Shown here: piece after piece, positions 50,709-62,971 of the stretch
How the letters are laid out: each line of letters starts with the position of its first letter
Numbering within the stretch: position 1 is the stretch's first letter
Assembly (NCBI GenBank): GCA_043228905.1
Contig: JBHGNT010000021.1
Coordinates: 4,526,001 to 4,590,000, forward strand
Direction: 5' to 3'
Origin: Azolla caroliniana
Taxonomy: Eukaryota; Plantae; Polypodiophyta
Length of the DNA: 64,000 nt
Notes under the pieces: model-generated
The model's input: only the letters and a program-made list of their open reading frames with translations
What the model was told of the DNA's origin: nothing
Database searches by the model: none
Translations under genes and position numbers: made by a program

Positions 50709-51310
50709 AGCGGACCCAAGAAGAACAATGTCGCTCCGGCTGGATCTCAAGGAAGAGAAAAGGGCAAGGTTCTGAGCCTCCGATTAAGCTCAAAAATCAA
50801 GAAAGCGACGAACCTATGAAAGTTCCTAGAAGAGTGAATCCTCGATAGTCGCATAGAACTCAAACTGAGAGAAGTGCTAGGTATAGTAAGGAGAGAGTTC
50901 CATGATGGCATCGTGGATCTCGTAAAAAGGAAGTGGCTCGCGATAGAGCCAGAACCGGAGAAGCCAGTCGAGGTAAGGGCAACGCTACTCGACGAGGTGG
51001 CCGTAGAGGATGAGCTTGCGGAAAGACACTACACAAGGCCGCATTGGGCTACAGCTACGACAAAAACCCCGGTTCGGATCGGGGATGTGAGGAGCCAGTG
51101 GTGGCGTTGATTGGCCATGGGTCAGAAATTAGCCTAATGTCCATTGACTTCTACAGAAAGGGGAAATGGCCAATCAACACCTTGCACAGGTGGAAGATAC
51201 ACGTGCCTACACGGGTCATGGAGGAACTACACGGGGCTTTCCCGAATGTCCGAGTAAGGGTCGGTGACGTCAAGATAGACCAACACTTTTTCGTGCAAGA
51301 GAACCAGTCG
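50709..51310 (+). pseudogene. gag: Phygy-like gag/protease fragment
   Basis: REFHDGIVDLVKRK, HYTRPHWA, ALIGHGSEI, DQHFFVQE. Confidence 0.8.
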
Positions 51311-51349
51311 ATCTAGACATCAAGCGAAAGGAACAGACTTGAGTTGAGG

Positions 51350-51750
51350 TTGAGGGGGTGTGTTGAGAATCAAGCTCAACCTAGTCTAGTGTGTGAACAC
51401 ACCTTGAGAGTGTATGAACACTCAAAGGTCAAAAGTCACACCACTACTCTCTACACATTAACTATGTGTCATAGAATCATATTCTATGACACATAACTAA
51501 TGAGATTCCACATTCCCCATGACCGATGAGCTTCAGTAGTTAATGAAGAGAGAGGGTGACTACATAAAGCACCCTCCTCCTACTTTGTAATGGGTTAGTT
51601 AATCTCCTTTGTAATATACAATCTTCTTTAGTATTTTCTATTGTCAAATTTCTATCTTGTGTCTCTCTCCTCTCCTCTTCTCAAACACACACACACAACA
51701 CACATCTCTAACCTATTCCACTGCACAAAATCATACCACGATTCTTTACA
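51350..51750 (+). mobile_element. PPT plus 3' LTR (51361-51750) of a truncated LTR element
   Basis: TTGAGGGGGTG immediately before TGTTGAGAATC; similar to 35180-35574. Confidence 0.8.
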
Positions 51751-52124
51751 ATTATCGACCATATCTCTACGTTGGTTAAGTGAGGAAGGGGGGAACGAGG
51801 ACATGTTCGTATTCGCAATAGTAGCAACTCCATCATCCACCTTACATGAAGCAAACATTAAATTACTAGAAAAATACAAAGATTTCTCGGACATCTTTGA
51901 TAAGGTGAATGCCAATACATTACCGGAGCATCGGTCATACGACTGCCCTATTGAGTTACAACCAGGGAAAGAACCTCCATGGGGGCCGATTTATAATTTC
52001 TCACCTATAGAGCTAGAGACTTTGTGGGAATATATCGACGAGAATTTGGCAAACAGATTCATTCGGCATTCTAGATCCCCTACTAGTGCACCTATCTTCT
52101 TCGTTAAGAAAAAGAATGGGTCTC
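51751..52124 (+). pseudogene. pol: Chromovirus-type pol fragment
   Basis: LPEHRSYDCPIELQPGKEPPWGPIY...PIFFVKKKNGSL, paralogous to 36264-36716. Confidence 0.85.
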
Positions 52125-53495
52125 TGTGCGGAATAGCGGTCGGCCTCTACCATGTCTTAGACACTCAATGGAAGAAAGCAGGAGTCAGAAATGAGATTAA
52201 TGCACTTGCACAGTATGAGACGACACTAGATGTTTACGTGGAAAACCCTAATAGGGAAAAAACCACGGGAGCCCCCAGACTCCAACTATCACTATAAGAA
52301 GAGGATACCAAGCAAGACTCGGAGGCAATGACCTCGAGCTCTATGTCTTCGCCAATCGGTGGTTACAACAGAAAAGCTTTCTGTATCACTCTCTCGCTCG
52401 CTCGCTCTCTATCTTTACAATAGTAACAATAACAACTCTAGAAGCTAAGCACAAGTGGTTGCCCTAAGTCATATTTATACTTATATGACTTTAGGACTAT
52501 TTACAAATATGGCCCTAACAGGCCCTCCAGAAACATATTTACAGATATGTCCCTCGATCTGGTTCACATCGGATTCATCCAGATATCTTCCGGATCTGTC
52601 CGATCCAACTCCTTCCTTTGGCTCATCTGGATCCCAGCCGGAGGGAGCGAATTCCCAACAAGCTCCCCCTTCACTCCGGCTTGGGGTGTCTTGTTAATCC
52701 GATCCGTCTCATGCACACGTCCAGTTTGTCGGCTGACAACACCTTGGTCAGCATGTCTGACCCGTTCTCCTCCGTGTGGATCTTCAACAACACGAAGTCT
52801 TGATATTCTATTCTCTCCCGGAGCTAGTGGTATCTATGTTTGATGTGCTTCGTCTTGGGGTGGTACGCCGCGTTCTTTGTGAGGTGGATCGTAGTGGAGC
52901 CGTAATTCCTCCTACCGGATCCCTAGCTCTCCGATGAAGTCCTTCATCTAGATTACCTCTTTACCGGCTTCCACGACCGCCATGTACTCCGCTTCCATTG
53001 TTGATAGTGTAACGAACTTCTGCAACCTCGACTACCACGATACGGCTCCCCCTGCATATGTCATAACATATCCAGAAGTTGACCGACTGGTATCCGCATC
53101 AGCCGACATATCCAAATCTATGAATCCTTCAAGTTGGGGTTTTCCAAAGCTGAATTAGAGGCACATACTCGAGGTGCCTTTCAAGTATCGGAGTATCCAC
53201 TTAACCACAATCTAGTGTTCTCTTCTTGGATTGCTCATGAATTGGCTGACAACTCCAATAACGTATCTAATATCCTGCCGGGTACACACCATTGCATACA
53301 TCAAGCTTCCGACGGCAGAGGCATATGGTATCTTTTATGGCTTCGTCCTCGGACTTTTGCTTTCCGGATAGCTTGCAATTTGTTGAAAGTGTCGATCCAA
53401 GTGGCTTCGCATATGTCATGCTGAACCATTGGAGCACCTTCCCTACATACTTCTCCTGTGACACCCACAATAGCTCCTTCGTCCAATCCCGGACT
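52125..53495 (-). mobile_element. Truncated copia H: 3' LTR 52125-52660, PPT, RT/RNase H remnant
   Basis: LTR shares the GTGGAAAACCCTA and AAGTCATAT hairpin motifs; SQEKYV and ADTSRSTSGY. Confidence 0.85.
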
Positions 53496-53499
53496 ACGT

Positions 53500-54215
53500 T
53501 GTCGTGAAGATTTTCGTCCATAGGGGGAAAACTGAGCGGAGTGAGCAAAACCGGGGTGTGCAACGTTGCACACGCACATGATGTATTTGTAAAATATTAA
53601 TAAGAACAAATGTAAATTGTAAGAAATGCACCACAAGATTCCTAAAGTGTAAATGTGATGTGCACTTATGTGCACATCCACATGAGAAAGAGAGGGGTAC
53701 ATAGGAGTACGAGGTGAGTAATGGGCATAGTAGTATGTGTGAGGAGTGGGAGTTAAGGCCCCATCAATCCCTCCTCCAAGAATCTAAGCAAATATCCCCC
53801 ATTGAATGAAGGGGATATTTAGTCTCTCATGTTTGTAACGGCTTTCTCTCCTTATGCTATAAAAGGAGAGGAAGGGGCACCATTGAGGGGGTTGCCTATT
53901 TTGAGTGAGAAGAGGTATACCACTTAGGTCGAGGGTTTCTATTTGGTTTAGGGTTTCTTCATTTCTTTCTTTGCTTATCCGATTAGGGTTTACATTCTAC
54001 TTATGTTTTAAGTCCGGCCCATGCGGCCGCAGTTGTAATTGCATTGCGGCTTTCATGCCCATAATATACATAACTTCATAAATCTTGTCTCTTTCTACTT
54101 TCTCTACCGTGTTAATGTCTTCCACTTTGCTCATACCCGTCTTCCCATCTACTCCCTAGTCCAAGACCCCCGTAGTCCCGCCTTATTCTACACGCATGCA
54201 CGGAAAAACGCGACA
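53500..54215 (+). mobile_element. Gypsy solo LTR
   Basis: TGTCGTGAAG...AACGCGACA, flanked by ACGT/ACGT; shares GGTATACCACTTAGGTCGA with LTR 1284-2048. Confidence 0.85.
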
Positions 54216-54219
54216 ACGT

Positions 54220-57200
54220 TGTCGCGTTGTTACGCGCGTGCGTGTAGAAAGGGCGGGACCACGGGGGTCTTGAACCGAGGAGCGAGAGAGAGAGAGAGAG
54301 AGAGAGATTTGCTGATACGCGGAAGCAAGAAGGAGGAGAATGAACGGAACCCTTAATTACAATAACAGTCGATTACAATATCAAGAGAATACAAACTCTG
54401 ATGGTTACAACCGGCGAGCCGGCGATGGACCCGACACAGGGACCCTACTCACGCATACAGATGGAACACACTAGACCCCGAAAACGTAGAAGGGAGAGCC
54501 TCTATTGGAAGCACACGGGCTATCCACGAAGCAGAGGCAGCAAACTCCCGACACCCGCAAAGAACGACAATTCTCGGAGAGAGAGAGAGAGACCGGCACT
54601 CGGTTCTGCAGTAGCACTCCCTCCTCCCCAATGCGCGGCCCCCTTTTCTCTCCCCTCTCTCTTTTCCTTTTATCGTTCCCATCCCTAGTCAAATCGCTTT
54701 ATTCTTTGTCCCTTCTGATAGAGATACGCACAATCCCCTAATTAAATGTGTACTACTTAGTATTTACATCAACAGATCCATTTATGAATCATGTACAAAA
54801 TATCAAAATATCAATTCACACGTCCATCCATGTAAGAGCCAGTTCATGCGCCTTTTCCTTCGATTCCGCCTATGGCCGGTTTTCTTCACGACATCCACCC
54901 CCACCAAACCGCGCATCCACCAGCATGCGCCAGAGACTGGTAGATACCGAAGAAAACCAGCTTCACTCGTCGCTCTCCGATTCTCCGCCAGGCCCGAACT
55001 GATCGTAGTTGTCGCTCCCGCTCGCAGGATCCGACTCGTCTTCGAACCGCTTCTTGAACGCTTTGATCCGCTTCTCGGCCACCGATACTGCTAGCCGTGT
55101 CCCGTCAAGTTCCACGAGGTGGTACGTGCCGTTGTCGTTCGCGCTCGTCACCGTGTAGGGCCCGAACCATCTCCTCGCGAACTTTCACACCACCTTGTGC
55201 TGATTGTCGAGGCTGTTGTTGTATACGAAGACCCAATTGCCTTCCTCAATCTTCTTTGGTCGCAACCGGTGCGTTCAGTTGAACCGGGTCTTGTTTCACT
55301 CCCTTGCCGCTCGCAGCTTTTCCTTCGCCCGTTTCACGTCCTCCGGCCTCCTCTCGAGTTGCCGAATCCGCGCCGCCAGCAACTCCTCCCGACTCATCTC
55401 GTCCTTCCAATCCACCGCCGCCCATGAAGAAACCGTTCGTTCCACCGGCATGATCGGCTTCTGTCCATACATCAGCTCTGCCAGCATAAACCCTGTCACC
55501 GAACTGTGCGTAGTTCGGTCCGCCCATAGTGCGTAAGTAAGGAGCCATGACAAATTCCCGACCTGCCCTCCGCATGCACGCACCAACGCCTTTACGATCG
55601 GCCCGTGCCACGTTCTACCTTCCCGTTCGCCTCCGGATTGTATGTCGTAGTGAGGGAGAGTTTGACCCCTAGTCGGTCGAACAACTCCTCAGCTTCCCGC
55701 GCATCCATCTCTCCCCGGTCCGCCACGATCCTCCCTATGCACCCGTACCGACACACTATCTCTTCGATCAGGAACCAGCATACCGCCGCGGTTGTCTTGT
55801 TCTGCAGTGCACGGCCTTCCACCTGGTTTGTTAAGTCTTCCCGCGCAAGCACCAGGAATCGCATCTGTCCTACTCCCATCGGCATCGTCACCAAGTCTAC
55901 CATCCACTTGAAATGGACCGTAGGCGGGCAGGTCGGGTGTAGCTCGTCCCGATGTCGGACTACAGAGTGCATCTGACAACTTTCGCAAGTCGTTACGAAC
56001 CGATGCATGTCCCGGTGCAGCCCCGGCCACCAGTACTTCTCCTTAAGCTTCTCGAATGTGGCCCACGTTCCGTGGTTCCCAGCCCAGGGACTCTCGTGAA
56101 ATGCCACCAGTAATTCCTCCTGTTCTTCTTTCTTTGCCACTACTCGGAGCGGGATGTCGTTTCTCTTCTTTGGGTGCCTCCATATGCACTCTTCTCTCGT
56201 CTTCTTCTGTACCAGACTCGCCTCTTCTCTCGTCCATGTTGCGTCCGGCGTCATCGTCTGTAGGAACCTCCCGATTTGGAGCCACTCCCCATCGTACCTG
56301 CTTTCGTCAAATTCGTTAAGCGACGGAGTGTCCCTTTTCCTCGCCATTACGTTAGCCGACCTGAAGAAGTCCTTGCCGACTTTTTCGTCATCCGAAACCA
56401 TGCCATCTTCGTCATTGAACCTCGCTCTCGAAAGCATGTCGGCCATGGCGTTATCCTTTCTGGAGATGTGCCGTATCTCCGGGCTCAGGGACTTAATGTA
56501 CGCTATCCACCAGAGCATTGCTAGGTCCGGTGTCGCGCATCCGGAAACCATGCCGAGTATCGGCAGGCAGTCCATCTCAATGATCACCTCCGTCCCGATC
56601 AGGTAGTCCTTGTCGGCCTTGACTGCCGAAACGATACCCCAAAGCTCGCGCTTAACTTGGGCGTATCCTCACTGCCGCTCGCTCAATACCTTCGCCCCGA
56701 ACCGGATCGGGAATTGTACGTCGTCCTTGTCCTCCTGACTGATTACCCACCCGATCCCGGTCGGGCTCGTGTCCATCGTCACACAAATGGGGACACCCTT
56801 GCCGTAAACCGCTTTACGCAAGGCCGACGCTACCGTAAGCGCCTCCTTCAGTCTCCGGACTGACTCCGTGTGCTCCGTCCTCCACTCGAACCCATGCCCT
56901 TTCTTCAATAGCCCGTAGAGAGGCTCCACAACATGCGCGTAGTGTGGAATCCAGATGTGGTAGAACGCGCATGCTCCCAAGAATCTGCGGACCTCCGTGA
57001 CCGACCCGCAATCATCCCTCTACCTCTGCCGGAGATGGCCTCTACCTCTCCCGGAGACGGTTTCCTACCGTAGGGCCCGCACAGGTGTCCGACCACCAAG
57101 ATCTCCGACTGTCTGAACGCCGATTTTTCTCTGGAGAAGGTGAGTCATGCGTTTTCAAGCCTCTGCAACACCTTCTCGCAATCGTCGATGTCGTTCGCGA

Positions 57201-57660
57201 CGAACCTCCGGCATCCGTCTGGCCCGACAGTCTTGTCCGCGTCATCCACCGGACACCCCTTTATCGAGATGTCATCCAAGAATGGCATGGTGATGTCCGG
57301 GATGCAGTCCCTTAGCACTTTGTTCATAGCGTTCACCATATGCGCCACCGAATTTGTCCCTCCTTGTGGTAGGGTACACATCCGTACTAGGCTGAGAGGA
57401 GTTCGCATCGTCGTGATATCCCTGCTTTCCACGGCTAGCTGGAACTCGTCGTACCCCGAGTATAAGTCACCGATCGAATAGATCGACCTTCCAGCGAAGG
57501 CCTCCGCGAACTCGTCTATGGTTGGTCTGATTCCTGCATTATGGATGGTCACCTTGTTGACCGATTGCAGGTCCTGAATGAAGCGCAACGTGTCGTTCTT
57601 CTTCGGCACCGTAAACCACCGATTCGAATACGGGGCACTTGACGGTTCGAGGATGCCCAT
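54220..57660 (-). mobile_element. 5'-truncated Phygy-like gypsy element I: 3' LTR 54220-54893, PPT, decayed RT-RH-IN
   Basis: Same PPT as B/D; PFLDD, DTSPTGIG, WMVDL and WFGPY motifs. Confidence 0.9.
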
Positions 57661-59420
57661 CTCAGAACCATATAAAATAGCTTGGCTACCCCCACTTCTA
57701 TCCAACTTATCCTCAATCATATTAAAATCTCCGACCATACACCAGTGATCCACATGGGGCAAAGTATCAAATAGATAGAACCACAACCTCCTCCTATCTG
57801 TTGACGCATTATGAGCATATACATTTAAAAAACCCAATTGTAGATTCTGCATTTCTAAAATAATAACTTGCACTCTTCCTTCCTCTAAAATCCTATAGTC
57901 AATCACATGAGAAGACCATTTTTTGGCCAATGTTATACAGACACCAGCTTTATTGCAGGAACCACTAAATAAGGATCCAATCACAAGACTCCTGAAATGG
58001 GCCTAGGAACCACTTAATAAGGATCAAAAAGAATCTTCTCTAGATGGACTCAAATGATGTTCTTGTAAAAGAACCATATCTACAGATCGCATAAAGGTTT
58101 TATGTAAGCCATGCCTGAGTCTAGCCTTAAATTTTTGTGCTTGTGCACCACCCAACCCTTGAACATTCCATGAAAAAATATGAAAATTATCCATAAGCTA
58201 ACAAAAGATGTTTACCTTTCACTCTCTTCTCCCCCACCGTTGCTTTCTTAGGCCTAGTAATTTGCCCAAAAATCTTGAATCCTTTCAAAGATTTCCTAGC
58301 CACAACTTTTGCTTATATATCCTTCTTTATAAATGAAGAGAGTGTGCCCTTTCCCTCCACGATCATACCTCCATTCATAACCATAGTATATGACTGCACT
58401 TACTGAGTTTTCAAGCATGATTCCTTGTGCATGCATACCATGGTTGGCTAAGGCCTTTGTTTTAGCTCGGGTTAACCTTCCAGAATACAATAACCCATCC
58501 ATATGACCATCCTCCATAGATATCACAATCGTGCTCACTTCATCCTTCTCCACCATAGTTAACGCCATGTGAGACTCACCTTGTAATGAGGAAGGCTCGA
58601 AAGATATCATATGTTCATTATCATTCCCTCCCTCAAAGGTCTTCTCCTTCATAGAATTTACAATATCACTTTCAATAACAACACATAATCCTCCTCTCTA
58701 CCAAGTACCATATCGTTAGTATTAAAAGGAGTTATTTGTAAATTTGTCTTTTTAACCTGTTGATTATCATTAGCTACATGTGATGTTTTTCTAGATAGTA
58801 CAAATACACCATTAGATGTCCTCATAGAGGACCGCCTATCATGCTTCCTCCTAACTTTTGTCCAGTCTTTATCATTAGTATTGCTAGAAAAACGCTTTTG
58901 AAGAGTTTGTTCATCTCTAACAGGACAATCCTTGACCACATGACCTACAATTACAAGTGAAACATTGATTAGGAAGTCCAGAATATTTAACTTTTTATAC
59001 CCTCATCGGGGCCTAAAACATAGGGGGTACCCTAACATAGGAATGGCAATGTCATGCCCTTATGACCAATTAATCGTACATACAGTAGGTTGAAATTCCC
59101 ATCCACATAACACACTACATCAAACTCTCCATCCATCAATTGAGCAATCAAAGAGGCCATATGTGGCATCACTGGTTTCCATTCTTTCTATAAAGCCAGA
59201 AACATGATGGAAAAGACAAAGTAAATGTTCACTAACTGCATAGCTCCCATTGCAAGAAGTGCAACAAAACTCCAAGGTTCCATCCTTAGCAGCATTAGCA
59301 CCATATCAGCAACCGAAAACTCGACATGATAACATCCTTTCCCTTGGCATTGAATATCCACAATCCAATGAAGATCTTCTTGGAGTCGCGCCTACAGAAA
59401 GTGACGCAACTCCCTACGAC
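57661..59420 (-). mobile_element. L1-type LINE remnant (ORF1 zinc knuckle; ORF2 APE endonuclease starting 58194)
   Basis: IFSWNVQGLG, LLQEHH, NVYAHN, WCMVGDFN; GLPNQCFTC...GHVVKDCP near 58920-58980. Confidence 0.8.
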
Positions 59421-60398
59421 TAGGATGCCCTCCGATCTACTTTCACGTGCATCTCTTGTTGCACCTCCATAGGCAAAGTTAAATTGACGACCAGATCTGC
59501 GACAGGATGAGCTACGAAGGGGAGTTCACCAAAATCCCTTCTTGACATCATTGTAGTTGTCGTCTCAGCCACCGTCTTCTCTATTTTTTTTGTAATGTTC
59601 ATATATTTAGGTTTAATTAATTAAATTATTAAACTATTAAATAATTAGGGGCATTAAAAAACATCAAGGAAAACAATAAACTAAGCTACTTAAAATGATA
59701 AAGTAGTAAACCCAGGTTTTAGAAACAAACCAAACCCTTTAATGATAATTGAAACTAAACCAAACCATTTAACTATATTCAAACTTATATAAATTGTTAA
59801 ACCATGACTTAACATGTCGCTTCAATTTTGAGCCAAAATCGTCTTCTCTTTTTTTTTGTAATGTTCGTATATTTAGGTTTAATTAATTAAATTATTAAAC
59901 TATTAAACAATTAGGGGCATTAAAAAATGTTAAGGAAAAAACAATAAACTGAGCTACATAAAATGATAACGTTGTCGTGAAGATCCGTCACTACGCGCGG
60001 ATCGTGAGGCGGAATCGCCGGGGTTCTGGACCGGAAGGATTCAAAGTTGGTACAAGCTTTGGCGCAAGCTTTAGCGAGAAAGTACTTAAGATAGATTGGG
60101 AAAGAGAGAAGTTGAGATTACACAATTGAGAGAGATTGATTGAACTTTTAACTTTAGATTTAAGAAACAAGTTACACGATCAATTTGATAACAAATTTCT
60201 TCTTCTTAATTTCATAAAAAAAAACCGTGTTTTTCTCCTCCCCCTTCCTTCTTTTATAGATGCTTTCATGCATATGATGCATGTGAGGGTACAAGACATG
60301 CATAAAATGCATGCTTGCCATTTGGCGCTTATGTATTACATGTGGTGCATGATAACCATGTCACTCATTTTAGCTCTCATGTATGAGAATTTACACGT

Positions 60399-61121
60399 TG
60401 TCGTGCCTTTCGGCGTCAGATCGTTTGCGTGAGCCGGGTGGGAACCACCGAGGTTTTGGACTAGGAGAAAGAAAAATACAAATAAGGCTAGTAAAGAATA
60501 GGTATAAAGAGTTATAAGATAAGAATCTCATGAATCCCACGAGTTTAGTATATTTAGTCAATATTTAGGTAGTAAGAGAGAATTATTTTAGCAAATTCGT
60601 GAATCCCACGAATATTTTAGATTGATTGATCATTATAGAAAAATAATCAACAAAAACTACAATGTGCTCCCCATCCTTATATAGTGATGGGAGAGACTAA
60701 GCATAGCTACATGCTTTTTTTCTAATATGTTCATGCACACTAAATGTGCATGTGATGCTTTTCTAATCCTTGCTTTTATTTGCTAAATATAGTGCTCATG
60801 CACGCTAGATGTGCATGAGTCACTTTTTAGTTGCTTGCGTTTTTCTATAAAATATTCACGCACTCTAAAAATGCATGATTTACCTTTTAATAAAGGTAGG
60901 CGCAAATAAAGCACTTATAGTTATTAAATCTATTTGTAAAATACTAAAGATAAGGTAGCATAATGGTAAAGTTAAGGTTTGGTTATGTGGAGGTATAGGG
61001 TTCAAATCTTGCCTTATGCACATGATAAATATTTTGATATATTATTTATTTATCTATATGTATCTAAAATCAGATATATTATTTTATGGTTTTCACGTAG
61101 TGTGTGGAATACACTACAACA
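60399..61121. mobile_element. Nested solo LTR of a different gypsy family
   Basis: TGTCGTG...TACAACA; TSD ACGT/ACGT; removal restores the host LTR. Confidence 0.85.
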
Positions 61122-61158
61122 ACGTAAAAGTACAATGATAGAAATATAAATTCAACTA

Positions 61159-61231
61159 AATGGCATGGCTTAATGGTAAGCCAATTGACTCCTAACTCGG
61201 AGGTGCAAGGTTCGAATCCTTACTTGCCCTC
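61159..61231 (+). ncRNA. tRNA-like cassette in solo LTR
   Basis: A box at 61166, B box at 61209; GGCA/TGCC partial acceptor stem. Confidence 0.6.
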
Positions 61232-61912
61232 CTTGTATATGTATATATATTTATTTATTTATCTAGTCACCGGACGCCAGTTCGTCGGATGTCGTCACCT
61301 CGTCGTCGGCGGCCGCCGGATGCCGTCACCTCACCGGTGTCGGTTACCGTTGTCGCCGTCGGATGCCGCCGGATGTCGTCACCTCACCGACGTCGGTTAC
61401 CGTTGCCGCCGCCGGATGCCATCACCGAATGCCGCCGGATTGTCGTCGGATCACCGGCTCCATCGTCGGTCTGGTTTTGGTTGGCCAAAACCCTTTACAA
61501 GTAGCTAGCCCACCTCCACTCTTAGTTCAAGTTACCTTGAACTCTCTATGCTCCACACATAGACACAAAGATAATATCTTTTGCTCTACCTTATATATGA
61601 TGAGAGCCGTATTTGTCGTGCCTATGTGGGATATCTCACAATTTTCTCTTTTCCTTTCACAAACTTTATACCCTCATATCTTGACATTTAGTTGTCCGTT
61701 TCTCGTGTAATAAAGTGCATTCGAAACCTCCATCATTTTGTACTTAGATATTAAATTTATTTAAAATGTTATCTTCACAATTATTGTATTATGTGATTCA
61801 TACTCGATTTTGTACGTTTTATGGGATTTTCACACTATTGCCGAAAATCTTCACGACAATGTAGTAAACCCAGGTTTTAGAAACAAACCAACCCTTTAAT
61901 GATAATTGAAAC

Positions 61913-62168
61913 TAGGTGATGGTGAACAACTTCAGTATAGGCGGAATCAAATGCATACATGGAGTTTTTTTACTACTAGCCAGGGTGGACAGGCAAGGTA
62001 TGTTGACTAGGATTACCACCAAGATATGTAAAGATATGTATTCTCTTGGACCACAAGAATTTGTTACTGCAAGAATTTGGTTATAGGAGTGGAAATTATT
62101 ATGTACAAATTGTATATGGATTTTGGCATTGTTAATTTTAATACCAATGGAGTATAGTTTTTGTGGAA
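61913..62168. mobile_element. 256-bp insertion with 15-bp TSD (non-LTR/TPRT-like)
   Basis: AATGATAATTGAAAC at 61898-61912 and 62169-62183; empty site in the tandem copy at about 59741. Confidence 0.75.
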
Positions 62169-62599
62169 AATGATAATTGAAACCAAACTAAACCATTTAA
62201 CTATATTCAAACTTATATAAATTGTTAAACCATGACTTAACATGCCGGTTCAATTTTGAGCCAAAACCAGGCTCATGGCTAATCACACTCTCTTTTTTTC
62301 CTTTTTCTCTTTTTTTTTGGTAAAATCACACAATTATATTAATTGCCTAATCACACTTTCTCTCATCACTCACACATACACACAACATAACACATATATG
62401 TAATCACTTTTGTTGCAAAAAAGTTTATTATCTAGGTCTTCACACAATGGTGGTAAAACTCATTAGGAGTTGTCAATGTTTGAGAATATGCATATATTTT
62501 GTATGTGCATGCATGCATTTTCAATGGTAATCATAATAAGTGTTGGCCCCACCTCTTGCACTAGTCATTACCATTTCACTATCAAGAGATCAACGTAAT

Positions 62600-62971
62600 C
62601 ATAGTTGTTAAAAAACGCATATTCTATGTTTAGAGTACATTTAGAATACTCTGAAGTATTCTACACGTATTTTACATTTTAGAACTATCGTTTTTTAAAA
62701 TTTGACGTATTCTACATATTTAACAAGTATTTATCATTTCAAAAAAGTTTACTTTTTTTAAATTTTTTTAATTGTTTTTTGAAAAAAGAACTTTAAATTT
62801 TAAGAAGTATTTAACGTATTTTACAAGTATGCTACACGTACTCTAAGTACTTAACATATTTTATCTATAAAAAACGTATTCTAAGTATTTTTTTTTAAAA
62901 GTTAGAATACTTGTAGAATACTTAGCATACCTATTGTACCCGTATTTTATGCTAAGTAGTCTACAACAATG
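62600..62971. mobile_element. hAT-type MITE
   Basis: TIR CATAGTTGT/ACAACAATG; 8-bp TSD AACGTAAT/AATGTAAT; repeated CGTATT motifs. Confidence 0.75.

Larger units (their letters stand above)
59973..61858 (-). mobile_element. Solo LTR of the gypsy B/D family with a nested solo LTR
   Basis: Matches 5584-6602; TSD ACGT/ATGT. Confidence 0.92.
59573..62265 (+). repeat. About 270-bp AT-rich tandem duplication; second copy split by two insertions
   Basis: 59573-59839 is repeated at 59840-59972 + 61863-61912 + 62184-62265. Confidence 0.8.
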
